A DNA stretch of 62,428 bases, the filler included. It is 4 parts of 4 records of this genome, joined end to end, with 100 filler letters (N's around TTAATTAATTAA, not from the genome) between each part and the next. Parts side by side here need not be neighbours in the genome. Positions count along the whole stretch, not along the records: positions 22,080 to 43,209 come from SRR22947727_6045; positions 43,310 to 54,070 come from SRR22947727_6057; 2 more parts are not named here. One strand, given 5' to 3'. The position numbers were made by a program, and so were the translations under genes. A model generated the notes under the pieces. It ran no database searches. It had not been told where the DNA came from and saw nothing but the letters and a program-made list of their open reading frames with translations. Below, piece after piece: positions 39,367-48,942 of this stretch. The first letter of the stretch is position 1. Every line of letters begins with the position of its first letter.

Positions 39367-40664
39367 TGGAAAATTTTGACTTTGACTCTGGCTTTTGGAT
39401 GACCTTTGGGGCGATTTTCGTCCTGCTGATCCTATCGGGGTTTTTCTCCGGCTCAGAGACCGCCTTGACCGCAGCCTCGCGCAGCAAGCTGCAAGCGCAG
39501 GCTGACAAAGGCTCACTTGGCGCCGCAAGGGCCTTGAAAGTGACCAATGACAATGAGCGTTTGATCGGTTCGGTTCTTTTGGGCAATAACTTGGTCAATA
39601 TCCTGGCAACCTCTTTGATCACCGCGCTTTTCACACAGATGGTGGGCGAGAATGGCATTGTTTTGGCCACATTGGTCATGACATTTTTGGTTTTGGTCTT
39701 CGCCGAGGTGCTGCCCAAGACCTATGCGATTACCAATGCGGAAAGCGCCGCCATAAGGGTCTCGCGCCCCATATCCTTGGTTGTCTTCATCTTCGCCCCA
39801 GTGGTCAGCTTCGTGCGCCTTTTGGTGCGCGGCGTTTTATGGGTTTTCGGCGTCGCCACGGACCCTGATACAAATATTTTAGCCGTACGCGAAGAAATCG
39901 CCGGGGCACTCACGTTGGGCCATCAAGAGGGTTTGGTTGAAAAAGAGGACCGGGACCGTATCCTGGGCGCAATGGATCTCTCAGAACGCACGGTCGAGGA
40001 AATCATGCTGCATAGATCAGGCATTGAGATGATTGACGTCTCCTTGCCGGCCGAAGAGATTCTCTCTCAATGCCTGGAAAGCGCGCATACGCGTCTCCCC
40101 CTCTATCGCGGAAATCCTGAAAACATCGTTGGGGTGATTCACGCGAAGGATTTGGCGCGCGCAATGGTTAAGCTCACACGCGACAGCGCAGCCCGCAGCG
40201 AAGATTTGGCCAAGTTTCAGGTGCTAGATGTGGCGATGGAGCCCTATTTTGTTCCAGAAACAACCCCTCTGGATGATCAAATGCGGCAGTTTTTAAAGCG
40301 GCACACGCATTTCGCCTTGGTGGTGGATGAGTATGGCGCATTGCAGGGGTTGATCACTTTGGAAGATATTTTGGAAGAAATCGTTGGCGAAATCACCGAC
40401 GAGTTTGACACCAGTGACCAAGGGGTCACTGCGGCTCAGGACGGTCATGTGGTGGTTGATGGGTCTATGACCATTCGCGATTTGAACAGGGCGCAGGATT
40501 GGAGCCTGCCGGATGAAGAGGCCAACACGCTCGCCGGCTTGGTGATCCACGAGGCGCAGATGATACCGGCCGAGGGCCAAGTCTTCGTATTTCACGGATT
40601 TCGCTTTGAGGTCGCTGCCCGCAAAGAAAACCGCATCACACAGCTCAAGATATACAAGCTGTAA
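39363..40664 (+). CDS. HlyC/CorC (CNNM) family transporter
   Basis: FFSGSETA; FAEVLPK; CBS pair (HTRLPLY, VVDEYG, LEDILEEIVG); CorC C-terminal domain. Confidence 0.93.
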   Translation: MMENFDFDSGFWMTFGAIFVLLILSGFFSGSETALTAASRSKLQAQADKGSLGAARALKVTNDNERLIGSVLLGNNLVNILATSLITALFTQMVGENGIVLATLVMTFLVLVFAEVLPKTYAITNAESAAIRVSRPISLVVFIFAPVVSFVRLLVRGVLWVFGVATDPDTNILAVREEIAGALTLGHQEGLVEKEDRDRILGAMDLSERTVEEIMLHRSGIEMIDVSLPAEEILSQCLESAHTRLPLYRGNPENIVGVIHAKDLARAMVKLTRDSAARSEDLAKFQVLDVAMEPYFVPETTPLDDQMRQFLKRHTHFALVVDEYGALQGLITLEDILEEIVGEITDEFDTSDQGVTAAQDGHVVVDGSMTIRDLNRAQDWSLPDEEANTLAGLVIHEAQMIPAEGQVFVFHGFRFEVAARKENRITQLKIYKL

Positions 40665-40740
40665 GCGTAGGGCAAAGTAGGTGCAAACACCGCACCTTGT
40701 ACACACGAAATTTTAACAATCAGGGGCTATAAGCTAGATG

Positions 40741-40805
40741 TGATAGAAGTTTTCTTCATGTCATACCTCCTTGAACTAAACCGCGCCTTCGGGCGCGGTT
40801 TTTTT
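40741..40805 (+). ncRNA. Candidate small RNA with exposed anti-SD motif and its own terminator
   Basis: 5' hairpin (TGATAGAAG-TTTT-CTTCATGTCA), unpaired ACCTCCTT, then AAACCGCGCC-TTCG-GGCGCGGTTT plus T-run; 5' end uncertain. Confidence 0.5.
40778..40805 (+). terminator. Strong intrinsic terminator
   Basis: GC stem with C(UUCG)G tetraloop followed by 7 T. Confidence 0.85.
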
Positions 40806-41034
40806 GGAAAATGGTTTAAAATTCTCATTGACGACCAAAACATAATTTGTTTTTCTCTGCCCATAGTCGGCAAGCCCGACAGGGAGAAAAATAAAAGCAG
40901 AGGTTTTTGGCAACAAATCCTCTGCTTTAATTTTTTCAGATTGCGCTCCCAGAGGCTGGCTGGCACATCAGTATAAATTTTAAGACATTTGTGGCAAGAT
41001 CACTGTTCATACTGCGTGCGATAGAAAGGACCAT

Positions 41035-41628
41035 TTGGTGTTTAAAGTAACAAACTATATTGGCGCGATCCTATACCTTCTGTTGTACCACACTGCGCTT
41101 CAGGCGCAAACGGCTCAAATGCCGGCGGCAGAGGACTTCTCAACCGGTGAAGTTGTCGAAAGCACTCCGGCGATCGGCGACTACTATGCCAAAGGCAGCT
41201 TTGGGGATTGGACGCTGCGCTGTCTGAAAACAGAGCAAACGCAAGACCCCTGTCAGCTATTTCAATTGATGCATACCCCCGATGGCTCGCCCGTGGCAGA
41301 ATATAACTTAAACCCCGTCCAATCGGATGGGCTCGTTATTGCCGGAGCCAATGTCATTACACCTTTGGAAACCCTATTAACCCAACAATTGACCATCCAA
41401 GTGGATGATGAAAATGCCAAAATATATCCCTTCGCATTCTGTGTGCAAATGGGCTGCGTGGCGCGCATCGGTCTCACGGAAGAAGATCTCGACAGCTACC
41501 GCTCCGGCGCGCAGGCCATCATCACCATGTTTCCCGCCGCGGCCCCAACGAAGCCCGAACGCCTTACATTATCTTTGACAGGATTTACCGCAGGGCATGA
41601 GGCCTTGATGGGCACAATAGGTAATTAA
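41035..41628 (+). CDS. Invasion-associated locus B (IalB) family protein
   Basis: FGDWTLRC...DPCQLFQL; TPLETLL; YPFAFCVQMGCVA; LSLTGFTA; start codon uncertain. Confidence 0.85.
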   Translation: MVFKVTNYIGAILYLLLYHTALQAQTAQMPAAEDFSTGEVVESTPAIGDYYAKGSFGDWTLRCLKTEQTQDPCQLFQLMHTPDGSPVAEYNLNPVQSDGLVIAGANVITPLETLLTQQLTIQVDDENAKIYPFAFCVQMGCVARIGLTEEDLDSYRSGAQAIITMFPAAAPTKPERLTLSLTGFTAGHEALMGTIGN

Positions 41629-41641
41629 TTGCGCATAGGCC

Positions 41642-42850
41642 CTAAATCGCTTTCAACGCCAGAACCGCATTCATGCCGCCAAAGGCGAAGGCATTGGACA
41701 AAGTCGCCGTGACCTTTGCTTGACGGGCCACATTTGGCACCACATCAAGCGCGCAGTTGGGGTCTGGCTGTTCATAGCCAATGGTGGGCGCAATTACCCC
41801 GTCCCGCAGCGCCATGAGGCATGCAAGTAACTCCACAGCGCCCGTCCCGCCTATCAAATGTCCATGCATGGATTTGGTCGATGACATCATCAAGGCCGGC
41901 GCATGGGCGCCGAAGGCCTCCGTCACAGCCGCACATTCGGTCTTGTCATTGGCCGCAGTTCCCGTACCGTGAGCGTTGATATAGCCAATATCTTGTGGAT
42001 CTAGACACGCATCGCGGAGCGCTCCGCGGATGGCGCGCACTGCCCCCTGCTGGTTTGGCATCACGATATCACCAGCATCTGAGGTCATAGAAAAGCCGAT
42101 GAGTTCCGCGAGCATTTCAGCACCTCGCGCCTTGGCTCCCTCATAGGTCTCAAGCACGAAGACCCCTGCCCCCTCTCCTTGGACCATGCCCGATCTATTG
42201 GCGGAAAAAGGCCGGCAAGCGGTTTTGGACATCACGCGCAGCCCTTCCCAGGCCTTGATGCCACCAAAGGTCAGCATCGCATCGCCGCCGCCGGCCAGCA
42301 TCACCTGTGCCATGCCGCTGCGGACCATATGAAACGCCAATCCAATCGCGTGATTTGAGCTGGCGCAGGCGGTTGAGACAGTCAAGGAGGGACCTTTGAT
42401 ATTATGGGCCATCGATAGATGGCTGGCGGCTGCATTGGTCATGAGTTTCGGCACCACGAAAGGGTGCACCCTATTTTTGCCCTCTTCATAGACAGACCGA
42501 AAATTATCATCCCAGGTGTTCATCCCACCTGCAGCGGTTCCAAGAACCACACCCGTCGTTTCCGACAGCTCCTCCGTGATCTCCAAGCCAGACTGCGCCA
42601 TCGCCTCGCGACTGGCCAAAAGCACCAGTTGAGTCACCCGATCATAGAGTGCCAATTTTTGCCTATCAAAATGCGCTTCAGGATCAAAATCCTTGATTTG
42701 CCCACCGATTTTTACAGATAACCTGTCCAGGTCACGCATCTGCAAAGGCCCAATCCCAAGCTGTCCTTCGCGCATGGCTTGCAAAGTTTCCGACACCGAT
42801 CCACCCAAAGCATTAATGGTCCCAGCCCCTGTAATCACCACGCGGTTCAT
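41642..42850 (-). CDS. Beta-ketoacyl-ACP synthase (FabF/NodE-like)
   Basis: STACASS active Cys; YINAHGTGT; STKSMHGH; SNAFAFGG. Confidence 0.92.
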   Translation of the reverse strand: MNRVVITGAGTINALGGSVSETLQAMREGQLGIGPLQMRDLDRLSVKIGGQIKDFDPEAHFDRQKLALYDRVTQLVLLASREAMAQSGLEITEELSETTGVVLGTAAGGMNTWDDNFRSVYEEGKNRVHPFVVPKLMTNAAASHLSMAHNIKGPSLTVSTACASSNHAIGLAFHMVRSGMAQVMLAGGGDAMLTFGGIKAWEGLRVMSKTACRPFSANRSGMVQGEGAGVFVLETYEGAKARGAEMLAELIGFSMTSDAGDIVMPNQQGAVRAIRGALRDACLDPQDIGYINAHGTGTAANDKTECAAVTEAFGAHAPALMMSSTKSMHGHLIGGTGAVELLACLMALRDGVIAPTIGYEQPDPNCALDVVPNVARQAKVTATLSNAFAFGGMNAVLALKAI

Positions 42851-42853
42851 GGG

Positions 42854-43111
42854 CTAGGTCTGCTCCGCAACAAGGGTTTCAACCGCAAAAATAATGGTCG
42901 CCACAGAGGATATATCAAATTCACTTTCCTGCGGGGCATTGGCATTAAACGGCACTTCGATGTCGAATTCTTCTTCGATCGCGAAAATACTTTCCACCAC
43001 GCCAAGGCTGTCAATGCCCAGCTCCTCTAGCGTGGCCGTTAGGCTCACATCAGCCACATCCAGCAGACCTTGCTCAGCAATGATTTGAATGACCTTGTCT
43101 TTTACACTCAT
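42854..43111 (-). CDS. Specialised acyl carrier protein (NodF-like)
   Basis: LGIDSLG phosphopantetheine site, unlike AcpP LGADSLD; acidic, 85 aa. Confidence 0.9.
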   Translation of the reverse strand: MSVKDKVIQIIAEQGLLDVADVSLTATLEELGIDSLGVVESIFAIEEEFDIEVPFNANAPQESEFDISSVATIIFAVETLVAEQT

Positions 43112-43130
43112 AGGAACGCCTTTTTGCCCA

Positions 43131-43208
43131 TTAAGGACTGTTGTCAGAGTCGGGCAGTGACTTTTTAAGCCGCGCGAGGTCTTTTAACATCCGCGGCAGG
43201 CGCCGCAA
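43131..43208 (-). CDS. lpxD: C-terminal fragment, probably LpxD
   Basis: Manual translation LRRLPRMLKDLARLKKSLPDSDNSP*, resembling the LpxD C-terminal helix; truncated by the linker. Confidence 0.6.
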   Translation of the reverse strand: MRRLPRMLKDLARLKKSLPDSDNSP

Positions 43209-43209
43209 G

Positions 43210-43309
43210 NNNNNNNNNNNNNNNNNNNNNNNNNNNNNNNNNNNNNNNNNNNNTTAATTAATTAANNNNNNNNNNNNNNNNNNNNNNNNNNNNNNNNNNN
43301 NNNNNNNNN
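43210..43309. other. Artificial contig linker
   Basis: 44 N + TTAATTAATTAA + 44 N. Confidence 0.99.
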
Positions 43310-44079
43310 AGGTGTTTTTGTCGGAAATCATTGGCGCGGCGGCATTTGATGGGGCGCGTCATATGTCGATGGAATCAATCTATGAATATGGGTCGCGGGC
43401 GGGTGTCTGGCGTATTCTGGATCTGTTTCGTCAACGCCAGTTACCGCTGACGGTTTTTGCTGTTGCCATGGCGGCGGCACGTCACCCAAAGGTGATTGAG
43501 ACCGCGCTTGTCAATGGGCATGAAATCGCAGCGCATGGGTATCGCTGGATCAATTATCACGGTATGCCAATTGATGAAGAACGCGACCATATGCAAAAGG
43601 CGATTTCGATTCTAACCGATATTTGTGGCACCCGTCCGCTTGGTTGGTATACGGGGCGAACATCGGAAAACACGCGCAATCTTGTTGCCGAAGATGGCGG
43701 GTTTGTTTACGACGCCGATGATTATTCGGATGATTTGCCATTCTGGTCGGCGCAGGTGAAAACACCGCATTTGATTGTTCCTTATACGCTGGATACAAAT
43801 GACATGCGCTTTGCCACTGCGCAGGGATTTCATACTGGTGATCAATTTGCCCAATATCTGATTGACGCCTTTGATGTGCTTTATGCCGAAGGTGCGGCGG
43901 CACCAAAGATGCTGTCGATTGGGCTGCATTGCCGTTTGATCGGGCGGCCAGCGCGGTTTGCCGGATTGGTCAAATTTCTTGATCATATCATGGCGCATGA
44001 CAAGGTATGGGTTGCGCGGCGAATCGATATTGCAAATCACTGGATTGCAAACCATCCGTTTCAGGCTAACCGATCATGA
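43310..44079 (+). CDS. puuE: Allantoinase PuuE (5' truncated)
   Basis: RHMSMESIYEYGSRAG; HGYRWI; GWYTGR; PYTLDTNDMRF; MLSIGLHCRL. Confidence 0.93.
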
Positions 44080-44594
44080 TCCCATCAGACCTAAAACAAC
44101 TTGATATCCAGCCGCTTACCAAAGCCAGCTTTGCGCCCTTTGGAACGGTCATTGAAACCGATGGTGCAACCGAGATCGGCATCAATCAGGGAACGACCAT
44201 AAGATTTGATGCCATGGCGGGCGTTGATGTGGCGGCGGGCGATGGCAGGCCCATCATATCGCTATTTCGCGGCACGCTCCGCCCCGATCCGATTGAAATT
44301 CATCTTCTTGAACGCCACCCGCTTGGCTCGCAAGCCTTTATGCCGCTAAGCCAGCATGATTGGCTGGTTGTGGTGGCACATGGCAATACGGCAGGTGACG
44401 CCCCTGATTTTTCGACGCTGGCCTGTTTTCGCGCCAGTGGTGAACAGGGGGTCAGCTATGATCGTGGGGTCTGGCATCACCCTTTGCTGGTTCTGCAACC
44501 GGTGCAAGATTTTCTGGTGATTGATCGTCAAGGCGAGGGGCATAATCTCGATGAAGTCTGGCATGACGGACCAGCGGCACTGATCCATCCATAG
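44076..44594 (+). CDS. allA: Ureidoglycolate lyase
   Basis: FAPFG-VI; INQGTT; LERHPLGSQAF; GVWHHPL; FLVIDR. Confidence 0.92.
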   Translation: MIPSDLKQLDIQPLTKASFAPFGTVIETDGATEIGINQGTTIRFDAMAGVDVAAGDGRPIISLFRGTLRPDPIEIHLLERHPLGSQAFMPLSQHDWLVVVAHGNTAGDAPDFSTLACFRASGEQGVSYDRGVWHHPLLVLQPVQDFLVIDRQGEGHNLDEVWHDGPAALIHP

Positions 44595-44622
44595 CGCTGC
44601 CTGTATTTGAACAGGATTTTGG

Positions 44623-46038
44623 TTAGGCTTTGCCCATCAAATCGGCCGTCATGGCACGATGTTTTGACAGCAAATGCTGCATATCCATGCTCACAAGCTG
44701 GCCTTGGTCGACAATGATTTTGCCATTGATGATCGTATAGCTGGTTTTGATGGGGCCGCAAAATAACAGCCCCGCCAGCAAATCCCATTCAGCACCAGCA
44801 AAATCAATACCGCGACAATCAAAAGCAGCGATATCGGCAGCATAGCCCGGTGCCAGAACGCCGATATCATCACGGTTCAAGACCGCCGCACCGCCGCGTG
44901 TTGCAAGCGCCAAAGATTCGCGCGCCGTCATGGCATCACCCGATTTCATCACCCGCTGCAACAGCATCGCCTGACGCGCCTCATTCAGCATATGACCACT
45001 ATCATTCGATGCTGATCCATCAACGCCAAGGCCGACTTTCACGCCAGCATCAATCATTTCACGAACCGGCGCGATGCCGCTTGATAGGCGCATATTTGAA
45101 CAGGGGCAATGGGCAATGCCGGTTCCGGTGCGGGCAAACAGGTTAATTTCCCGTGGGTCAAGCTGCACACAATGCGCATGCCAGACATCATTGCCAATCC
45201 ATTCGACAGCTTCGATATATTCGCCCGGACGCATGCCAAAACTGGCAAGGCTATAGTCAATATCTTCGCTATTTTCGGCCAAATGCGTATGCATGCCAAC
45301 CTGATAGGCGCGTGCCATATGGGCGGTTTCCCGCATCAGATCCATGCTGACCGAAAAGGGCGAACAAGGGGCAAGTGCCACACGATGCATAGCGTAACGA
45401 TCGGCATTGTGATGCGTTTCGATCAAGCGCTGGCAATCGGCCAAAATCGTAGGTTCAGCTTCGGTTAGGCGGTCAGGCGGAAGCCCGCCTTTTGATTCGC
45501 CAATGCTCATTGATCCGCGGGTGCCATGAAACCGCATGCCAATATCTGCCGCCGCCGCAAAGGAATCATCAAGCCGCGCACCGTTTGGATATAGATAGAG
45601 ATGATCAGATGATGTGGTGCAGCCGCTAAGCGCAAGCTCGGCCATCGCAAGGGCGTTTGACCAGTAAATATGATCAGGGCCAAGATTGCACCAGATCGGA
45701 TAGAGCGTTTGCAACCAGCCAAATAGGGGGGCATTTTGCGCCGCTGGAACGGCGCGTGTAAGATTTTGAAACATATGATGATGCGTATTGACCATGCCCG
45801 GTATCACCACATGGCCGGTCATATCCATCACCGTATCAGCGTCAGCCGGTAAAGAGTCTGTATCGCCAACGGCCTCGATGATCCCGTTACGGGCAAACAG
45901 GCCACCATTTTTGATTTCGGCACCGCAATGATCACCCGGGCGTCCTACATGTGCTGCAGACAGGCCGCTGCCCGCATCGCGTGGCCCCATCGTGCATAGC
46001 AGGTCGGCATTTTTCAACAGAAGCGTTTTATCAGCCAT
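44623..46038 (-). CDS. 8-oxoguanine deaminase (amidohydrolase)
   Basis: NTHHHMFQNLTR; LFGWLQTLYPIW; GCTTSSDHLY; APCSPFSV; HTHLAE; HCPCSNMRL; GVDGSASND; start ATG 46038. Confidence 0.88.
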   Translation of the reverse strand: MADKTLLLKNADLLCTMGPRDAGSGLSAAHVGRPGDHCGAEIKNGGLFARNGIIEAVGDTDSLPADADTVMDMTGHVVIPGMVNTHHHMFQNLTRAVPAAQNAPLFGWLQTLYPIWCNLGPDHIYWSNALAMAELALSGCTTSSDHLYLYPNGARLDDSFAAAADIGMRFHGTRGSMSIGESKGGLPPDRLTEAEPTILADCQRLIETHHNADRYAMHRVALAPCSPFSVSMDLMRETAHMARAYQVGMHTHLAENSEDIDYSLASFGMRPGEYIEAVEWIGNDVWHAHCVQLDPREINLFARTGTGIAHCPCSNMRLSSGIAPVREMIDAGVKVGLGVDGSASNDSGHMLNEARQAMLLQRVMKSGDAMTARESLALATRGGAAVLNRDDIGVLAPGYAADIAAFDCRGIDFAGAEWDLLAGLLFCGPIKTSYTIINGKIIVDQGQLVSMDMQHLLSKHRAMTADLMGKA

Positions 46039-46149
46039 AATTGATATATTCCTGTCATAGATATGCCGCCGAATCATGGGATCCGGCGGCATGATGATTG
46101 TTCCTTATCATGGCCATGCGTGTGTTCGTCTCGCAAGACTTCTTTTTGA

Positions 46150-47481
46150 TTAATCGATATCTTTTGGAATCAACAGGTTCAAGATCACCGAAATCGCCGC
46201 CGCAGGAAGCAAACCTGACACCATCAGCATTTCCAATGAGTCGGGAAGATGCTGCATTGATTTTGGCACGGCTTGAATGCCAAGCCCAACCGATAGTGAC
46301 ATTGCCAAAATGATCATATTGCGGCGGTTCCAATGCACATCTGACAACATGTTAATGCCAGCGCTTACAACCATACCAAACATCACGATCACACCGCCGC
46401 CCAAAACCGAAATTGGCATTGCCGCAACAACGGCACCAACCTTTGGAATGAGACCACAGGCGACAAGGAACAAGGCACCAAGCGTGACCACCGAACGGCT
46501 CATCACCCCTGTCATCGAGATCAATCCGACATTCTGGCTGAATGAAGTGTTTGGCAAACCGCCAAATAAACCAGCGATAAAGCTGCCAAAACCATCAGCA
46601 TAAGTGCCACCCGATAGCTCTTTATCAGTGGCTTCGCGGTTTGCACCACCTTTGGCAATGCCCGAAATATCACCAACTGTTTCAATGGCGCTGACAAGCG
46701 ACATTAAGCACATGCCGATAATGGCAAAGGCGCTAAACTCGACGCCATATTTGAACGGCTGCGGCACGGCAAACCAAGCCGCCTTGGCAACACCGCCAAA
46801 ATTAACCGCACCCGTCAGATAGCCAACAACATAACCGGCAATCAAGCCGATTAGAATGGCCGCAGATGACATGGTGCCGCGGGTGAAGAATTTGAAACCA
46901 AGGGCAACGAAAATCACCACAAGTGCAAGACCCCAGCGGCTAAAATCGCCCCATTCAGGTGCGTTCATTTGAAAAGCTGCGGCACCACCAGACGCATATT
47001 TAATGCCGACTGGCAGTAATGCCAAGCCAATGGCGGTAATCACAATGCCCGTCACCAATGGCGGAAACCAATGGCGAATACGGCCAATGACACTGCCAAG
47101 AAATGTATGAAACAGACCGGCAACAATCACCGCGCCGAACAAGGCGGCCATGCCACTGGTTTTCACGATACCAATCATGATCGGAACAAAGGCAAAGCTT
47201 GTGCCCTGCATGACAGGCAGTCTTGCGCCAATCGGGCCAAAGCCGATTGTCTGGAATAATGTGGCAACCCCCGCAAATAGCATCGCCATTTGCACAAGAT
47301 AGACCATGTCCTCGCCACCAAAAGCAAAACCGGCAGCGCCGGCGATGATAATTGATGGGGTGACGTTACTGGCAAACATTGCCAGAACATGCTGGATTCC
47401 AAGGGCAGTACGCGGCCCAAGCGGTATCTCATGATTTGGATCTTTAAGTTGCTCGGACGTGCCGATTTTTGCATTGATCAT
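46150..47481 (-). CDS. NCS2/NAT purine (xanthine/urate) permease
   Basis: GIQHVLAMF; GTSFAF; FPPLVTG; IETVGD; NAT signature SFSQNVGLISMTG. Confidence 0.93.
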   Translation of the reverse strand: MINAKIGTSEQLKDPNHEIPLGPRTALGIQHVLAMFASNVTPSIIIAGAAGFAFGGEDMVYLVQMAMLFAGVATLFQTIGFGPIGARLPVMQGTSFAFVPIMIGIVKTSGMAALFGAVIVAGLFHTFLGSVIGRIRHWFPPLVTGIVITAIGLALLPVGIKYASGGAAAFQMNAPEWGDFSRWGLALVVIFVALGFKFFTRGTMSSAAILIGLIAGYVVGYLTGAVNFGGVAKAAWFAVPQPFKYGVEFSAFAIIGMCLMSLVSAIETVGDISGIAKGGANREATDKELSGGTYADGFGSFIAGLFGGLPNTSFSQNVGLISMTGVMSRSVVTLGALFLVACGLIPKVGAVVAAMPISVLGGGVIVMFGMVVSAGINMLSDVHWNRRNMIILAMSLSVGLGIQAVPKSMQHLPDSLEMLMVSGLLPAAAISVILNLLIPKDID

Positions 47482-47784
47482 TCTAAATTCCCCCTTTAGT
47501 TAGCCAATAGAAAAAGCCTAGGGCGAATTTGCCATTGTGCAAGTTAAATCGCATCTCTCTAATGGTGAAAATCATAAAAAATAAAACATTATCAATTAGG
47601 TATTCATTTTATGGTTTGGTAATTCTCGAGGAATTCGGCTTGTCAGCGTATCTGACTAGCAATTTTGCTGAATAGGCAGTAAGAGACAAAGAGAATTTTT
47701 GCCGTTATTTACCGGTTTCGGATCGGGCTTTGCGGCTAGATAGATGAATGCTAAACCGACATATAGATTTCAAGGAGATAGAGA

Positions 47785-48759
47785 ATGGGTTACGCAATGG
47801 CAGCCGCCAAACCGGGTGGGTCTGAAGTTCTTCATAAAATCACGCTTGGGGATTTAACCCCTGCAGCGGGTGAAGTGTTGATCAAACATGACGCGGTTGG
47901 CATTAATTTTCTCGATATTTATATCCGCAATGGTGCCTATCCATGGCCGGTTGATGGTGATCTCATTCTCGGGTCTGAAGGTGCTGGCATCATCGAAGCG
48001 GTTGGCAGTGATGTCAAAGGTCTGGCCGTCGGCGACCGGGTTGGCTATACGCTTGCCAATGGCGCCTATGCCACCCACCGGGTGATTGACGCCGCTTATG
48101 TTGTCAAATTGCCGGATAATGTGCCAAGTGATTTGGCCGCATCGATCATGCTGAAAGGCTTGACCGTTGCCTATCTTATCCATGACAGCTATGCGGTTAA
48201 GCCGGGTGATACAGTGCTGTTTCACGCTGCGGCTGGCGGTGTTGGTCTGATTGCCGGCCAATGGCTAAAGGCGCTTGGTGCCATCACAATTGGCACGGCT
48301 GGCGGTGCCGAAAAATGCGCCCTTGCCAAGGCCAATGGGTTTGATCATGTGATTGATTATACCAGTACCGATTTCGAAGCCGAAGTGATGCGCCTGACTA
48401 ATGGTGAAGGCGTGACTGTGGCATATGATTCGGTTGGCAATGACACAATGGCGCGAACCATCACATCGACCAAACGGCGCGGTACGATCATCGCCTTTGG
48501 CCAATCATCAGGGCCATATGCCGATTTCAAAATCACCGATCTTTCAAAAGGGTCTTATTATCTGAGCCGCCCAACATTATTTCATTTTGTTGGCGATCGG
48601 TCATGGCTTGATACGGCATCGGCAAAACTATTCAAGGCCGTTACCGATGGCACAATCAATGTTTCGATCAATCAGCGTTTTGCCTTGGAAGATGTGGCAA
48701 AAGCCCATGAGGCATTGACCGGCCGTGCCACAACAGGCTGTACGATCCTAACTGTTTAG
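47785..48759 (+). CDS. qor: NADPH:quinone oxidoreductase (zeta-crystallin/MDR family)
   Basis: GINFLDIY; LKGLT; HAAAGGVG; YDSVG; FGQSSG; RPTL; TTG. Confidence 0.9.
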   Translation: MGYAMAAAKPGGSEVLHKITLGDLTPAAGEVLIKHDAVGINFLDIYIRNGAYPWPVDGDLILGSEGAGIIEAVGSDVKGLAVGDRVGYTLANGAYATHRVIDAAYVVKLPDNVPSDLAASIMLKGLTVAYLIHDSYAVKPGDTVLFHAAAGGVGLIAGQWLKALGAITIGTAGGAEKCALAKANGFDHVIDYTSTDFEAEVMRLTNGEGVTVAYDSVGNDTMARTITSTKRRGTIIAFGQSSGPYADFKITDLSKGSYYLSRPTLFHFVGDRSWLDTASAKLFKAVTDGTINVSINQRFALEDVAKAHEALTGRATTGCTILTV

Positions 48760-48873
48760 CGAGCCAACGATCTGTCCACATAACGGGCGGGTCAGATAAT
48801 GAGCTGGTCAGATAAGGGGTTTTGACCTGCATCCGAGCGGCACAGGTCATGCCTTTTGCCTTTTGCAAAAATT

Positions 48874-48898
48874 AAGGGGCTGCCATTGGCAGCCCCTT
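48874..48898. terminator. Probable bidirectional terminator between qor and xsc
   Basis: AAGGGGCTGCC-ATT-GGCAGCCCCTT with T-runs on both strands. Confidence 0.75.
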
Positions 48899-48942
48899 TT
48901 TCATGCTTGTATTTTGGCCTTTGCCATATCGAAAGTGCGATA

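Noticed and set aside
47482-47784. Purine or xanthine riboswitch upstream of the NCS2 permease
   Set aside because: No recognisable aptamer consensus by eye; an Rfam scan would be needed to exclude it fully
48790-48815. GGTCAGATAA direct repeat (2 copies, 16-bp period)
   Set aside because: Only two copies between convergent gene ends; no supportable function and not CRISPR-like
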